Translations under genes and position numbers: made by a program
Part shown: piece by piece, positions 41,116-53,469 of the stretch
Position numbering within the stretch: the stretch's first letter is position 1
Layout of the letters: every line of letters begins with the position of its first letter
The notes under the pieces: generated by a model
What the model saw: the letters and a program-made list of their open reading frames with translations, nothing else
Database searches by the model: none
What the model was told of the DNA's origin: nothing
Source of the DNA: Octopus vulgaris
Taxonomy: Eukaryota
DNA length: 64,000 nucleotides
Direction: 5' to 3'
NCBI GenBank assembly: GCA_951406725.2
Contig: OX597831.1
Location: 72,788,001 to 72,852,000, forward strand

Positions 41116-41271
41116 CTTACTTTTGTAGTTTAGAAGTTTGCCTCGGCACCACCTACCCAGAGATTCAGTACCATTACACTGGACGATATTGATGGGTGTC
41201 TTTGAGTAATGATAGCATGCAGATCAATATCTTGTGAGTGAAATCAGTAAATGGAAACTAGAAGAAATCTG

Positions 41272-41459
41272 GGCGATCTTTCGGTACAAGTACCATAACT
41301 GCCAATTATAAACCCACGTGGGTTTATTTACATTTCTGAAGAAAAAAGAAACCCTTTCCCCCACCCCTAACCCCCCACATATAAAAAAAAAACTACGTGC
41401 CGATCTTCTTCAAATGTAAACAGACTTGGCAGTTATGGTACTTGTACCGAAAGATCGCC
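41272..41459. mobile_element. 188-bp MITE with perfect 34-bp TIRs and 8-bp TSD (Merlin-like termini)
   Basis: TIR GGCGATCTTTCGGTACAAGTACCATAACTGCCAA at 41272-41305 and inverted at 41426-41459; TSD GAAATCTG on both sides. Confidence 0.9.
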
Positions 41460-42259
41460 GAAATCTGTCATGTATGTGTGTGTGTGTGTGTGTGTGTGTG
41501 AGGGAGGAAGTTCCTATTTCACTTTGTCTTGAAAGGCGTCCATGTTGATTGAAAACAAAAAACCTTAGAGTTCCTGCAGACAGTGTCACTTGCAGTCCCC
41601 TGCAATGATGGGTCCAAGCAGTTGTTGTTTGGCAGATTGGCGGGGAAGGGGAGGAAATTACCTTGTTTGGACTGGACACAAGTGAGGGTTGGTGCCAGGA
41701 AGAGCATCCAGCTGTAGATAACTCTGCTGCAACAGCCTCGTTTTAAACCTTTGCAAAGCATGGAAACGATTCTCTATTTCAGCATGGTTGCTATGGCTGG
41801 ATGCCCTTCCTCATGCCAACCACTCCAAGAGTGTGGACTGTGTTCTTTTATGTAGCACTAACAAAAGAGATTTTTACAGGATGCCACCATGGGTTCTTTT
41901 TACTAAATTTTCTTATAAATAACCACTTGCATTTTATTTTATTTTATGCATAGATAGACACACACACACACACACATACACACACACATACACACATACA
42001 TAGATATATATATATATATATATATATAGATATATATATATATATGATATATATAATAGATATAGATATATATAGATAGATATATATATATAGATAGATA
42101 GATAGATAGATATATATATATAAATATAGATAGACAGATATATAGATATATATAAATATAGATAGATAGATATATAGATATATGTAAATATAGATAGATA
42201 GATAGATATATATATATATAGATAGATAGATATATAGATATATATATATATACATGTAT

Positions 42260-42638
42260 AGTGGAGATGCAGTGGTCCAGTGGTTAAGGCAGTAGACTAG
42301 CGGTCATGGGATTGCGGTTTCGATTCCAAGACTGGGTGTTGTGTTTATTGAGTGAAAACACCTAAAGCTCCACAAGGGTCCGGCAGGGGATGCTGGCGAA
42401 CCTTGCTGTACTCTTTCACCACAACTTCCTCTCACTCTTTCTTCCTGTTTCTGTTGTGCCTGTATTTCAAAGGGACCAGTCTTGTCACACTCCGTGTCAC
42501 GCTGAATCTCCCAGAGAACTATGTTAAGGGTACACATGTCCGTGGAGTGCTCAGCCACTTGCACGTTAATTTCACAAGCAGGCTGTTCCATTGATTGGAT
42601 CAACTGGAACCCTCGGCATCGTAACCAACGGAGTGCTA
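42260..42638 (+). mobile_element. tRNA-derived SINE family D
   Basis: A box TGGTCCAGTGGTTAAGG, B box GTTTCGATTCC; 3' half shared with 53885-54060. Confidence 0.8.
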
Positions 42639-43114
42639 TGATACATGTATATATGCACACACATGTGAATGTATGTTTCAAGCAAGTTGAAACAATGCAG
42701 TGAGGGCCACAATCCCCTGCTGTAATTTTAATATAATCCCAACAGATTGTTGTTGAACCTCCCTAACTAAGTTGCAGACTTCATCCACCGCCCAGTTTAA
42801 CAATGCCACAACCCGATCCTTGAATGCATTTAATGGCACCAGCTTCATTGCAAGAATTTTGAAGCACAAACACTCTGAAAAAATAAGGAGTTAAAAGATG
42901 TTACCTTTCCATCCCTGACTAAGGGACAAAGAAGCCATTCTTCATTAAGTAACCACGTGATTATAAGCGTTCCAATCATGACCACCCCGTTGGATTTTTT
43001 CAGCAGTGTTCCCCAGATTACATTCTCCAACACAAGTTGCAAAACTTGAAGAGATCCAAGTTTTTCTGAAGAAGTTTTAGTTCAGACCAAGGCCAGACTT
43101 GATGGGGGAAACCT

Positions 43115-43345
43115 ATTTCTTTACTACCCACAAGGGGCTAAACACAGAGAGGACAAACAAGGACAGACAAAGGGATTAAGTCGATTACATCGACCCCAGT
43201 GCATAACTGGTACTTAATTTATCGACCCCGAAAGGATGAAACGCAAAGTCGACCTCGGCGGAATTTGAACTCAGAACGTAATGGCAGACGAAATACGGCT
43301 AAGCACTTCGCCCAGCGTGCTAACGATTCTGCCAGCTCGCCGCCT
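43115..43345 (-). mobile_element. SINE family B, young copy
   Basis: Reverse complement of 4532-4760. Confidence 0.9.
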
Positions 43346-44447
43346 TATGATGGAGGAAACCTATAATCAAAAATATTCCAGCCATGACTATCCCTCTCTT
43401 TTATTTAGAAATCATGTTTTATCTAAGACAACATTACTCAAAGAAGTTATCCGGTCTGGTACCCTTTGTCAACACATTTAAACATGTTGCCCCTTTCTCA
43501 ACCCAGACACAACATTTCTCTGTTGAGTTCCCTCTTAATCCTAAATCCTTTTATTCTAATAACTTCCTTACTTGAACTACTGTTCTCTGGAACTCCCTAC
43601 CACTGTCTTTTTTTTTTTTACCTGGTCTGTGAGGGTCAGTTCTTAAAGCATTCTATCAACATGTTTTAAACCAGCCATATCTGGCCTCTCACACCAACCC
43701 TATAATGTCATTCTAAAAACTAACAGTTACCTCATCAAAATCTCTAAGCTACAAGATTAATTGCATGATTAATTCAAAACAATCTGAATGACTAAACACT
43801 GCTTCTTATGGGATAATGTGAATGCTAATGGGTTAGATTTGTAGGCCCCTTCTTTCCCTTCTTTATAATCCCTTACACTACAATGGCCTCAAGTCTGGTT
43901 TGGAGCGAAATCATGTGAGAAAAAAAAATTTTTTAATGACAGGTTCTGATGTAAGGGGAGATTTGACTGCTGTTTCTAGCATAGTGAGTGGCCACATTGA
44001 TGCTCCTTCAATAAGCTCGTGTTTACTGAAGCATCAAGGGAACAGTTGTTAGAAGAGGGGAATTAGTCACAGTGGTATAATTTGGTGAATTTAAACTATC
44101 AAAGACACAAATACCTGACTATCTCTCCTCAAAGAATGAAGCGAAAAACATCAAAGATACAACTATTTTTTATATTTAGTAATGCTAATAATAACAATAA
44201 TAACAACAACAACAGTAGTAGGAGTGGTGGTGGTGGTGACAATATGATAATAGAGAAAATGGGTTAGTTATCTGTAGATTAAAAGTGAGATTCGTAGAAA
44301 GACAGGAAGGAAGGTAGGTCGGCACCAGCAGAATGATTTATTGTTGAGGGGGTTCTTTGGAATAAAGGGGTAAAAATAGATACCTGTAAATAAGATATGT
44401 GCATAAAAACTTGGCTGTATACAATCATAAACATGTAGCACATTGAG

Positions 44448-44482
<35 letters not shown>

Positions 44483-44977
44483 TATATATATACACACACA
44501 CAAACACACCACTGTATGTGCATGCATGTTTATACACAATTATACATGCATACAATATGTATTCATCTAAGCCATGCTAACATGGAAAAATGGGTGTAAA
44601 ACATATATATGTGTGTGTATATATATATATATATATACACAAATATATATATATATATACACACATATATATATATACACACACGTATATATATACACAC
44701 GTATATATATACACACGTATATATATACACACACATATATATATATATATATACAAAAACACATATATATATACAGATACACGAACACACACACATATAT
44801 ACACATACATATATATATATATACAACGGGCTTCTTTCAGTTTCTATCTACCAAATCCACTGACAAGGATTTGGTTGGCCTGAGGCTATGGTAAAAGACA
44901 CTTGCCCAAGGTGCCATGCAGAGGGACTGAACCCAGAAGCATGTGGTTGGTATGCAAGCTACTTACCACACAGTCAC

Positions 44978-45013
<36 letters not shown>

Positions 45014-45016
45014 CAT

Positions 45017-45190
45017 ATCACCTTGATGACCTTGACCGACCAGTCCGTCAGGCGTCCATTTGACACCGCTGGTCACAGCACGCTGTCCACTCCTCTCTGG
45101 ATCACGCCTTTCTCATCCACGTGATCCCAATCGTCCTCCTGAAATCGTAACTCCACCGTCGTGGAAATCTTCTGGGTGGTCTTTTCCGCA
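45017..45190 (-). mobile_element. RTE-clade LINE extreme 3' fragment in (TA)n
   Basis: Minus frame RKRPPRRFPRRWSYDFRRTIGITWMRKA*SREEW resembles the RTE C-terminal KRxxGRPxxRW.D...W...A..R..W pattern. Confidence 0.7.
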
Positions 45191-45203
45191 TATATATATA
45201 TAT

Positions 45204-45353
45204 AACAAAAACTGTCCAACAAACGGGAACGTGAAACTCCGAGTAACAGGCTTTGTTGAATTTCTGCTGCTTTTAAATAAAGCATATTACTCTACCCCTG
45301 GTATTTGAGTACTCTTTTTTCCACCTTGTTTCACATTTATGTGTTTACTCCGG
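45204..45353 (+). mobile_element. Penelope-pLTR-like unit with decayed hammerhead motif (45212-45249)
   Basis: CTGT-CCAACAA-ACGggaaCGT-GAAA-CTCcGAG-TA-ACAG, then AATAAA and (TA)n. Confidence 0.6.
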
Positions 45354-45370
45354 TATATATATATATATAT

Positions 45371-45500
45371 AGTTCAATTTGACAACTCCACTAGAATGGA
45401 CGAAAGCGCTAATATATGATGTATAAAAACATGTAATATACAAATAAATATCTGTAAATATAAAACCATCCGAATTTCTGAGTACCTCATTTCTTCTAAT
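45371..45500 (+). mobile_element. Second Penelope-pLTR-like unit with decayed hammerhead motif (45379-45411)
   Basis: TTGACAA-cTCCActagaaTGGAc-GAAA-GCGC-TA, then AATAAA, ending TTCTTCTA-(TA)n like the left end of the palindrome. Confidence 0.5.
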
Positions 45501-45565
45501 ATATATAGATATATATATATATATATCATCATCGTTTAGCATCCATTCTCCATGCTAGCATGGGT

Positions 45566-45617
<52 letters not shown>

Positions 45618-45622
45618 TACAT

Positions 45623-45657
<35 letters not shown>

Positions 45658-46074
45658 CACACACACACAAACAGACCATGTATACTGGTAAGTTAGTACC
45701 TCTGCACTCACATCATCACTCCCCACATGAACTATGTGAGTAATTGCTCTCAAGCAGAATATTTCATAAAAATTCTTTCTTTGTTCCAAACCTCCACCCC
45801 CACCCCACTATTCTCTAGGTTGTCCCTACCTGCCACGGTGGGTGGGGCTGGCAGACCACGGCAAAGATCTTCTCAGTGGTGCATACTTGCCATATTTCGA
45901 TAAAGATATTCTTGTAATATCAACGACCGACCACAAGGCTGTTGTAAATACATTCTCCTTACAGAACCATTTACACTTCACTCTCTGTCATTGTGGAGTT
46001 AAGTTATTTTAGGATGGTATTTGACATTTTTTTTCCCCTTCCTCTTTCTTCTACCTTCCTTGTTTTCGTCTCTC

Positions 46075-46362
46075 CTACACTATCAGTGAATTAGACATAG
46101 TTAGACATAGTCATATCTGTCACACTATAAACACATAGCTGTAGACATCTAAGAGGCAGCCATGGGCATGTGTCCCATACAATCAGTGAATTAGACATAG
46201 ATACAGCCATCTTCCCACACCATCAGATAATATAGTCAGGTCTCCCACACTATTAATTAAACATAATCATCTCCCTTCCCCCACTCTATTACACTATTAG
46301 ACATCAATGCCACTCTATCAGTTAGTTAGCTACAGTCATCTCTGTCATACTATTCATTAGCC
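46075..46362. repeat. Degenerate ~30-40-bp tandem repeat (ACACTATCAGTGAATTAGACATAG core)
   Basis: Recurrent ACACTAT..TTAGACATAG..CATCT units. Confidence 0.7.
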
Positions 46363-46371
46363 ATATATATA

Positions 46372-46772
46372 CTAGCAGCATCGCCCGGTGTTTGCTCGGG
46401 TTTGTTTCGACCCTTTAGAATTGGAATTTTTTGAAAAGTAAAAATTTTGCATTATGTAGCTTGTTATTCTCTTTAAGTAAACATTTTCCTGGTTGAAATA
46501 CACTGAAAAATGGTGAGACAGCAGTCAAAAAATCGCAAAAAATAGGGATTCTCATAAAAAAAAAATGCACCTTTTTGATGTAAATAATTTTTGGTGTTAA
46601 CATGGTCCGATTTGAATTTTTTCTTCTACGGAAGGAAGAGCAAGCCTTCTTCTATCATACTCTCAATTTTGGTCAACTTGCACCGCAGGGTCTCGGAGGA
46701 GATAGTGTTAGATGAAGGCTACCAAACCTGCCATACACTGAAGACAACTTCAGCTTTATATATAGAGAGAGA
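46372..46772 (-). mobile_element. Non-autonomous Helitron
   Basis: Minus strand: 5' TC(TC..)TATATATAAAG...; subterminal GC-rich hairpin CCCGAGCAAACACCGGG; 3' CTAG followed by T; no TIR or TSD. Confidence 0.8.
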
Positions 46773-46827
46773 TAGATATATATCGTCAATGTATCTCATA
46801 TTTCCGAAAAAGAAGCAGACTCTTAAA

Positions 46828-47031
46828 CAGCGTTTCTCAACTGGGGTTCCGTGAGAAAGAGTGAAATAAGCTGAAGCTAATTTCATGATCGTAATATTAC
46901 TATACATGCATGATATATCATTGGTTATTGTAGTATTGTAATGTAGGCATCATCCTATCTAACCTGTATGTTATCAAGAAGAATATAACAACCATTGGGG
47001 ATATATTTGGTGATGCTTGTAATTTATGGAC

Positions 47032-47072
<41 letters not shown>

Positions 47073-47469
47073 GCTGGCCCAAAAGTAGGTTTACAATTAT
47101 CACGCAGGCACTTTAAATTTCTTTTAAAACATTTTATTGCATTTAAATTTCTATCTTACAAATTGAAAAGGGAGTTTGACAAAATTAACTAAATTAGCAT
47201 AGAACAATGGTTTCATATTTTTTTTATAATCAAGATCTAAACTGCTAATATATCAATGCGAAAGAAATAGTTCAATAACTGTAAACCTACTTTTGGATCA
47301 CCCTATGTATATATGTGTGTGTGTGTGTGTGTGTGTGATATTTATCATGTGAACTACGAAGAAAAATATGAGAAAGATATGGTATATAATTTTTTTTTGT
47401 GCAGGGGTTCCTTGAGACATGTAATTTATTTTAAGGGTTACACAAGGGTAAAAAGGTTGAGGAACACTG
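46828..47469. mobile_element. hAT-like element containing a nested mariner-like MITE
   Basis: TIRs CAGCGTTTCTCAAC / GTTGAGGAACACTG; TSD CTCTTAAA / CTCTAAAA. Confidence 0.75.
47070..47305. mobile_element. Tc1/mariner-like MITE
   Basis: TIRs CAGGCTGGCCCAAAAGTAGGTTTACA / TGTAAACCTACTTTTGGATCACCCT, in a TA context. Confidence 0.8.
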
Positions 47470-47664
47470 CTCTAAAATATCCGAGGGTTGTGACATTTTG
47501 GATTCCACTAAAGGTATCCAAATTGTTGGGTGTAATAGATCAAGTCCACCACTTGAGGAGGCTGTGCTGGGATTTGAACTTGGAACGCAAAGGCTTGGAA
47601 TAAGCAATCTTTTCCTTTCTACTGTAAACAAAAGGCCTGACATTCTGGAGAGGGTGTAAGTTCA

Positions 47665-48692
47665 TTATTTATTTGTTGCATATGTTAATGACATAGATGC
47701 CAACTTAAAGAATGCCACAATGCTGAAATATGCAGATGACATCAAGCTGTACCTCGAAATAAAGAGGTAAAATCCTGTACACTATAGATCTCTATTGCAA
47801 GCAGACCTGGACACAATGCAGCAGTGGATCATGGACTGGCAACTCAAGCTGGCTGTGGACAAATGTACCACCATGCATTTTGGGAGGAGAAACCCAGCGT
47901 CCACCTACTCCCTCCACAACACTAGTCTCAAAAAGTCTTCATGTGAACGTGACCTGGGTGTTATTGTCGACAGTGATTTGCGTTGGACAAAACACATCGC
48001 TAAAATTGTCAAGAAGGCTGAGGGTGTCTTGGCATCACTCACCAAATCCTTTGTGAGCCGCCCTCCGGCTATCTATCTGCGGCTTTATATAGCTATGGTA
48101 AGACCTCACCTGGAATTTGCATCACCGGTCTGGAACCCCTATCTTGCCCAGGATATCAATCGTCAGCGACGTGCAACCAAAAGAATACCCTCCATCAGGC
48201 ATTTGCCATATCCTGAACGCCTTACTTCCCTGGGCATGGACACATTGAAACTCCGACGTCTGGCAGCTGACTTGGCAGACACCCACAAAATTATCAACCA
48301 TCGTACAAACAATAACTCTGAGCACCTTTTCAAACTCCACACGTCTAACACCCGTGGACATATTCACAAAGTCAGAAAACAGCACAGCTCCCATGACTTC
48401 AGGAAACATTTTTTCACGCTAAGAGTTGCTGAAGCATGGAACGAACTGCCGGCATCAGTTGTTAGTTGTCGGAGCACTGCATCCTTCAAAACTTCCATGC
48501 TTCCTGAGATTCGCCAACACTACACCTGATTTTCTCCCCTCCATACACACACAAGCATGTATCTGACTCATACATTGTTCGCTTTCCAGACATTTCTACA
48601 TTACTGCATGTACTTTCTGACAAGTTGTGGTGCACCTGAGCACTGTATACAATAATTTCATTATTATATTATTATTATTATTATATTATATT
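47665..48692 (+). mobile_element. 5'-truncated CR1-clade LINE (RT C-terminus, 3' UTR, (ATT)n tail) inserted into a family B SINE
   Basis: KYADDIKL, LQADLD..W..DWQLKL..DKC..MHFG, ERDLGV, MVRPHLEFASPVWNP, RV.EAWNELP; stop at ~47768. Confidence 0.92.
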
Positions 48693-48976
48693 ACATTGAC
48701 CCCAATATTCAGCTGGTAGTTATTTCATCAACCCCTGAAAAGGACGAAGGCAAAGTTGACCTCAGCGGGATTTGAACTCAGAATGTGATGGTCCAGCATG
48801 CAAACGATTCTACCATCTTTGCCATCTCAGTTTGTAACAAATAATGCAAAAGACCTTGTTTGATGATCCACCACCAAAAGTGCCTCAAGTACTACTCCTA
48901 CTACCTTCCCCAATCACAACCATCACTATTAACTACTACTACTACAGCTACCACCACCACCACTACCAAAACCATG

Positions 48977-49029
<53 letters not shown>

Positions 49030-49797
49030 AGGATTCTAATAATCTCTGTATCGTTCCAATTTTAGAATATGTCTTAAGTGGGAGAGCACTTATCATCATC
49101 ATCATCATCATCAACAGCAACAACATCAACAAAACTAAAGTCCTTATTCTACCAGTCAACAGTTCCTTTTTAATCTACGGATTCTACTTTCCAGCTAAAT
49201 TCCCAGTGTCGGCCTCCTCCTCTCCCATCCTCCCCACCACTTCTTATTCTTCTTCCTTTTTGGCATTGCAGCTGTAAATTGTTTTCTTCCACCAAACTTC
49301 CTGACACCATCCCATTTGTCGACAGCCAGGGCCAACAGGCGTTCAGTTTTTCTTTTGTTTGTTCCGAACGTTTTCCTTGTTTCCTTCCTATAACAGTCAA
49401 CATACTGGACGTCTTTTGCGGAATATTTTCCAGCTTTGCATGTGGTATTTGTCAGATATGGAATTTGTGAATTGCTGCTTAATCAGAGACGGTTGTTTTG
49501 AGTTAGGTCATGCGGCAGTTGGAGAGTGGAATTGCATTCTCAGGATTAAATGTTTATGAATAAAAATGGAAATATATTTCTTTATTGCCCACAAGGGGTT
49601 AAACATAGAAGGGACAAACAAGGACAGACAAACGGATTAAGTCGATTACATCGACCCCAGTGCGTAACTGGTATTTTATTTATCGACCCCGAAAGGATGA
49701 AGAGCAAAGTCGACCTCGGCGGAATTTGAACTCAATGTGGTTCAGAAGCTCACTTTACAGTTGTTTACAACCATCCTGTGATATCAAGACAAGGGTA

Positions 49798-49833
<36 letters not shown>

Positions 49834-50749
49834 ACAGGCTTCTTTCAGCTTCCATTTACCAAATCCACAGGGAATTAGGTGGCTAAAGATAAAATAAAAA
49901 AACACAGATTTCTCCCTAAACATGTAAATAAACTTTTCTGATTGGCTGATTTAATAAATATAAGAAAGATTTCAGATAGACACAAAACAATAATGCCAAA
50001 GTAAGCCCTGATAAAGCAAACCTATGATCCAAGGCTTTCTAGCCATGACCAGCTAGTCTTTACATATATCTATGAGCTCATACTCCAATATGTCTTCTGT
50101 TTTATAAGGCAGCAAGGTATGCATTGAGGGCAAGCTGGCTGCTATTTCTAGCAAAGTAGCAACCACATAGAGAATCATTAGAAACCTGTGTGTTTTTATA
50201 GATGTAACCTCATTAGTGATCATAACCATGGGCCGTTCATTAAAATGAGGACAGCTGAGATGGCCAAGACAGGTGATTGCCAAACTAAAATTCATTTAAT
50301 GGTCAAATAATTAATGTAATGAGATATAAATACCTAATTAGTTAATAATACTAATTAATCAATAATAATAATAATATGATATAATATAATAATAATAATC
50401 AATAATAACTACACTCACGGAGTGGTTGGCGTTAGGAAGGGCATCCAGCTGTAGAAACACTGCCAGATCAGACTGGTGCAGCCTCCTGGCTTCCCAGACC
50501 CCGGTCAAACCGTGCTAGCATGGAAAACAGACGTTAAAAGATGATGATGATGATGATGATGATGAATTGTATGACCAAAACAAGCCACTAACTCAGCTAC
50601 TAATATCTTAAATCTGGTTTTGACAAATGTGGAACAGAACTCTGAAGACTCTTGCCTCAGATCTCCTCGGCAAAGCATAAACTTCTTTGAGCTTAGCTTA
50701 GCTTCTACTTGGTTCTTAGACTCCAATACCACAGGAATCAACTTTGCTT

Positions 50750-51150
50750 TCATAAAATAAAACCAGGTAGAATTCATAACTTCGACAGAAAATGGACAAA
50801 CATCAAAAAGCATCAAGAAATACAACATCACCCTCCCTCATTCCCAGCCACAAACCAACCACATGTATTCCACACCTTCCTATTCCCCTCTTTTATCAGA
50901 AGGTTGCCCATATATGGCCACATTCCTGAGAGACCACAGAATCATAATAATGTCGTTGTAATACATGACCAAAACCACTTCATATTCAGCTCATTTTAAC
51001 AACTGATGGAAGAGATTTCATGTCTCCTCAACATTTTTTCCCTAACACTATAATCTGTTCAAACGATGCTCCATATATGGAATAACATGAAGGATCTGTC
51101 TACAGTATTTCATTTCCAGAAGCCATGATCTTTCTCTCACTTGCATTATG
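50750..51150 (-). mobile_element. Highly decayed RTE-like LINE relic
   Basis: Minus-strand IYGASF (cf. LYGSETW) and CGHIW (cf. WxGHV) about 163 nt apart, similar to the spacing in the RTE at 60083. Confidence 0.35.
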
Positions 51151-52711
51151 AAACCTCTCTCACTCGCACCCTTCAAAACCTATTGAAATAAGTTGTTTAA
51201 AAGCATAACATTTGTAGTTATGGTAACAGATATTTTGTCCAAAAACTGCACCATTCTATTTAGGCCACTGACACTGTAGCTACTGAGCAGCCGAGGTCTT
51301 TGCCTCTCAGCCTTATGCTTTTCGGTCCAGTCCTACTGAACAACAGCTCAGGCAAGCATCTTCTGCTTTTAGCCTCAGGCTGACCAAAGCTTTGCAACTG
51401 CATTTTGTAGACAGAAATTGAAAGAAACTTGCTAGGCGTGCACACGCGTGTCTCTATCTCTCTGTACACACACATACACAGGTGGGGTCAGTACAAATGC
51501 TTACATTCTGTACTCAGCTAAGTTTGTTGTCATTTGCTGTCAGCAAATCAGCTGCTGGCACTAAAATATCAAAGACATGTGGAATAAACAGGTAAGGGTT
51601 AGCAACAGGAAGAGCATCCAACTGTAAAACAGTGCCTCAATACAAAAAACCCACGCCAGTATGAAAAAGCAAACACACGTACATACACACATACATACAT
51701 AAAGATGCACGCATATATATATACAAATACATACATATACACATGCATACATATTTACAAATCACAAGATCTAATTGTGAGCCACTACAAGTTTCATGCT
51801 CTGACAGCACAGTAATTAGATAAGCTCATATAATGTACCCTGTATACTATCTTGCAATTGTTTAGATTCAAAGGAAACCTTGAAAGACTGCAAGATAATC
51901 CGCAACACACCGTACAAATTTATCTGAGCAGAAAACTTAGAGCAGATCGCATTTAAATCCTGTGTTTATTAAATGAGATTTATCTCTCTCTTGATGGGGT
52001 ATATTTTTTGGTTGATCCTACCAACAATGAGTTCAAATTCCGCCGAGGTCGACTTTACCTTTCATCCTTTCGGGGTCGATAAATTAAGCACCAGTTATGC
52101 ACTGGGGTTGATATAATCGACTTGATCCGTTTGTCTGTCCTTGTTTGTCCCCTCTGTGTTGAGCCCCTTGTGGGTAGTGGAGAAATATATGCTTGTGTTA
52201 TTCTAATTAGCTGTCTGATGAATTGCTAATAAGTGATGTCTTACATGTTTTCCTACATGCATATCTACAGAACTTCTTTCTATTGGTAAAGAAACATAAG
52301 TATCATCATCATCATCATTTAGCATCCGCTTTCCATGCTAGCATGGGTTGGACGGTTCAACTGGGGTCTGTGAAGCCCAAAGGCTGCACCAGGCCCAGTC
52401 TGATCTGGCAGTGTTTCTACAGCTGGATGCCCTTCCTAACGCCAACCACTCCGTGAGTGTAGTGGGTGCTTTTTACGTGCCACCCGCACAAAATAAATAA
52501 ATACCAAAAATTCTTGTTTTCTGTTGTAACATGTAATTAGTCTACAATAAATATTTTCCAGTATTTAACAGTATTCTCCATTCTTTGCAACCTTCGTATG
52601 AACAGCATCAACAAAAATGCTTTGAAGAATTAACGTTTGCAAAATATATTTCATGAGGAAGTGGAAGTACACAGCTTGGATTTAAACCCAATCTACAGAC
52701 TTTACACACAT

Positions 52712-53045
52712 AAAGACTCCCTTCAGTCATGAATGACCAAAGGACTGTACCTAGAAAGTTCCCCTCTGAGGCACAAGTCCAGGCAAGGCCGTTTATGGAA
52801 GACCATCAGTCACCCATGCAGACCAACCTCTCCTCTCCACACCACCGATGTCATCCAAAGGAAAGACAAAGGCTGATAACAGCTTGGCACCTGTAATGTC
52901 GCAACTCATTTCTACAGCTGAGGGAACTGGTGCAACGTGAAATAAAGTGTCTTGCTCAAGAACACAACACATAGATCGGTCAAGGAATCGAACTCACAGC
53001 TTCACGGTCGTAAGCTCGACACTCTAACCATTGAGCTATGCACCT
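52712..53045 (-). mobile_element. tRNA-derived SINE family F
   Basis: Head TAGCTCAATGGTTAGAG...GAGTTCGATTCC; CORE-like TTCTTGAGCAAGACACTTTATTTC; decayed copy at ~39130-39360. Confidence 0.8.
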
Positions 53046-53244
53046 AAATATAATTATATTTAATGTTCAACACAAACAAGAATTTTCGTATTAAGAATAA
53101 ACTTAAAGAGTCCAGAGAACATAAAATATTTTAAACAAATACACGGATTGAAAAATATCAGAGCGTGTAGATGCTATACCTCCCCTTACAACTACTGCTG
53201 TTGTTAGTGACAATGCCAATGGTACCCCCTCAGCCTTGTCACCA

Positions 53245-53350
53245 TGGTGGCGGTGGCGGTGGCGGTGGCGATGGCGATGGCGATGGCGATGGCGATGGCG
53301 ATGGCGATGGCGATGGCGATGGCGATGGCGATGGCGATGGCGATGGCGAC
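53245..53350. repeat. Hexanucleotide microsatellite (GGCGGT)n(GGCGAT)n
   Basis: Direct reading. Confidence 0.95.
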
Positions 53351-53414
53351 AATGACTGGAATAATTCTCTAAAATAAATAAAGTCAAGTGTTGAAGTTGT
53401 GAACAACTGTCTAG

Positions 53415-53469
<55 letters not shown>

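Noticed and set aside
42260-42335. tRNA genes (also SINE A, B, E and F heads)
   Set aside because: A/B boxes are present but I see no complete cloverleaf, and each continues into a SINE body
44378-44395. Partial match to the 3' end of miR-993 (TACAGGTATCT, minus)
   Set aside because: Seed region does not match and there is no hairpin
47795-48529. 244-aa ORF as a functional gene
   Set aside because: C-terminal part of a 5'-truncated CR1 RT with an upstream in-frame stop; not autonomous
50908-51080. Two identical CArG boxes CCATATATGG (50908, 51071)
   Set aside because: They coincide with the GHI and YG codons of a probable decayed RTE on the minus strand, so they are likely incidental
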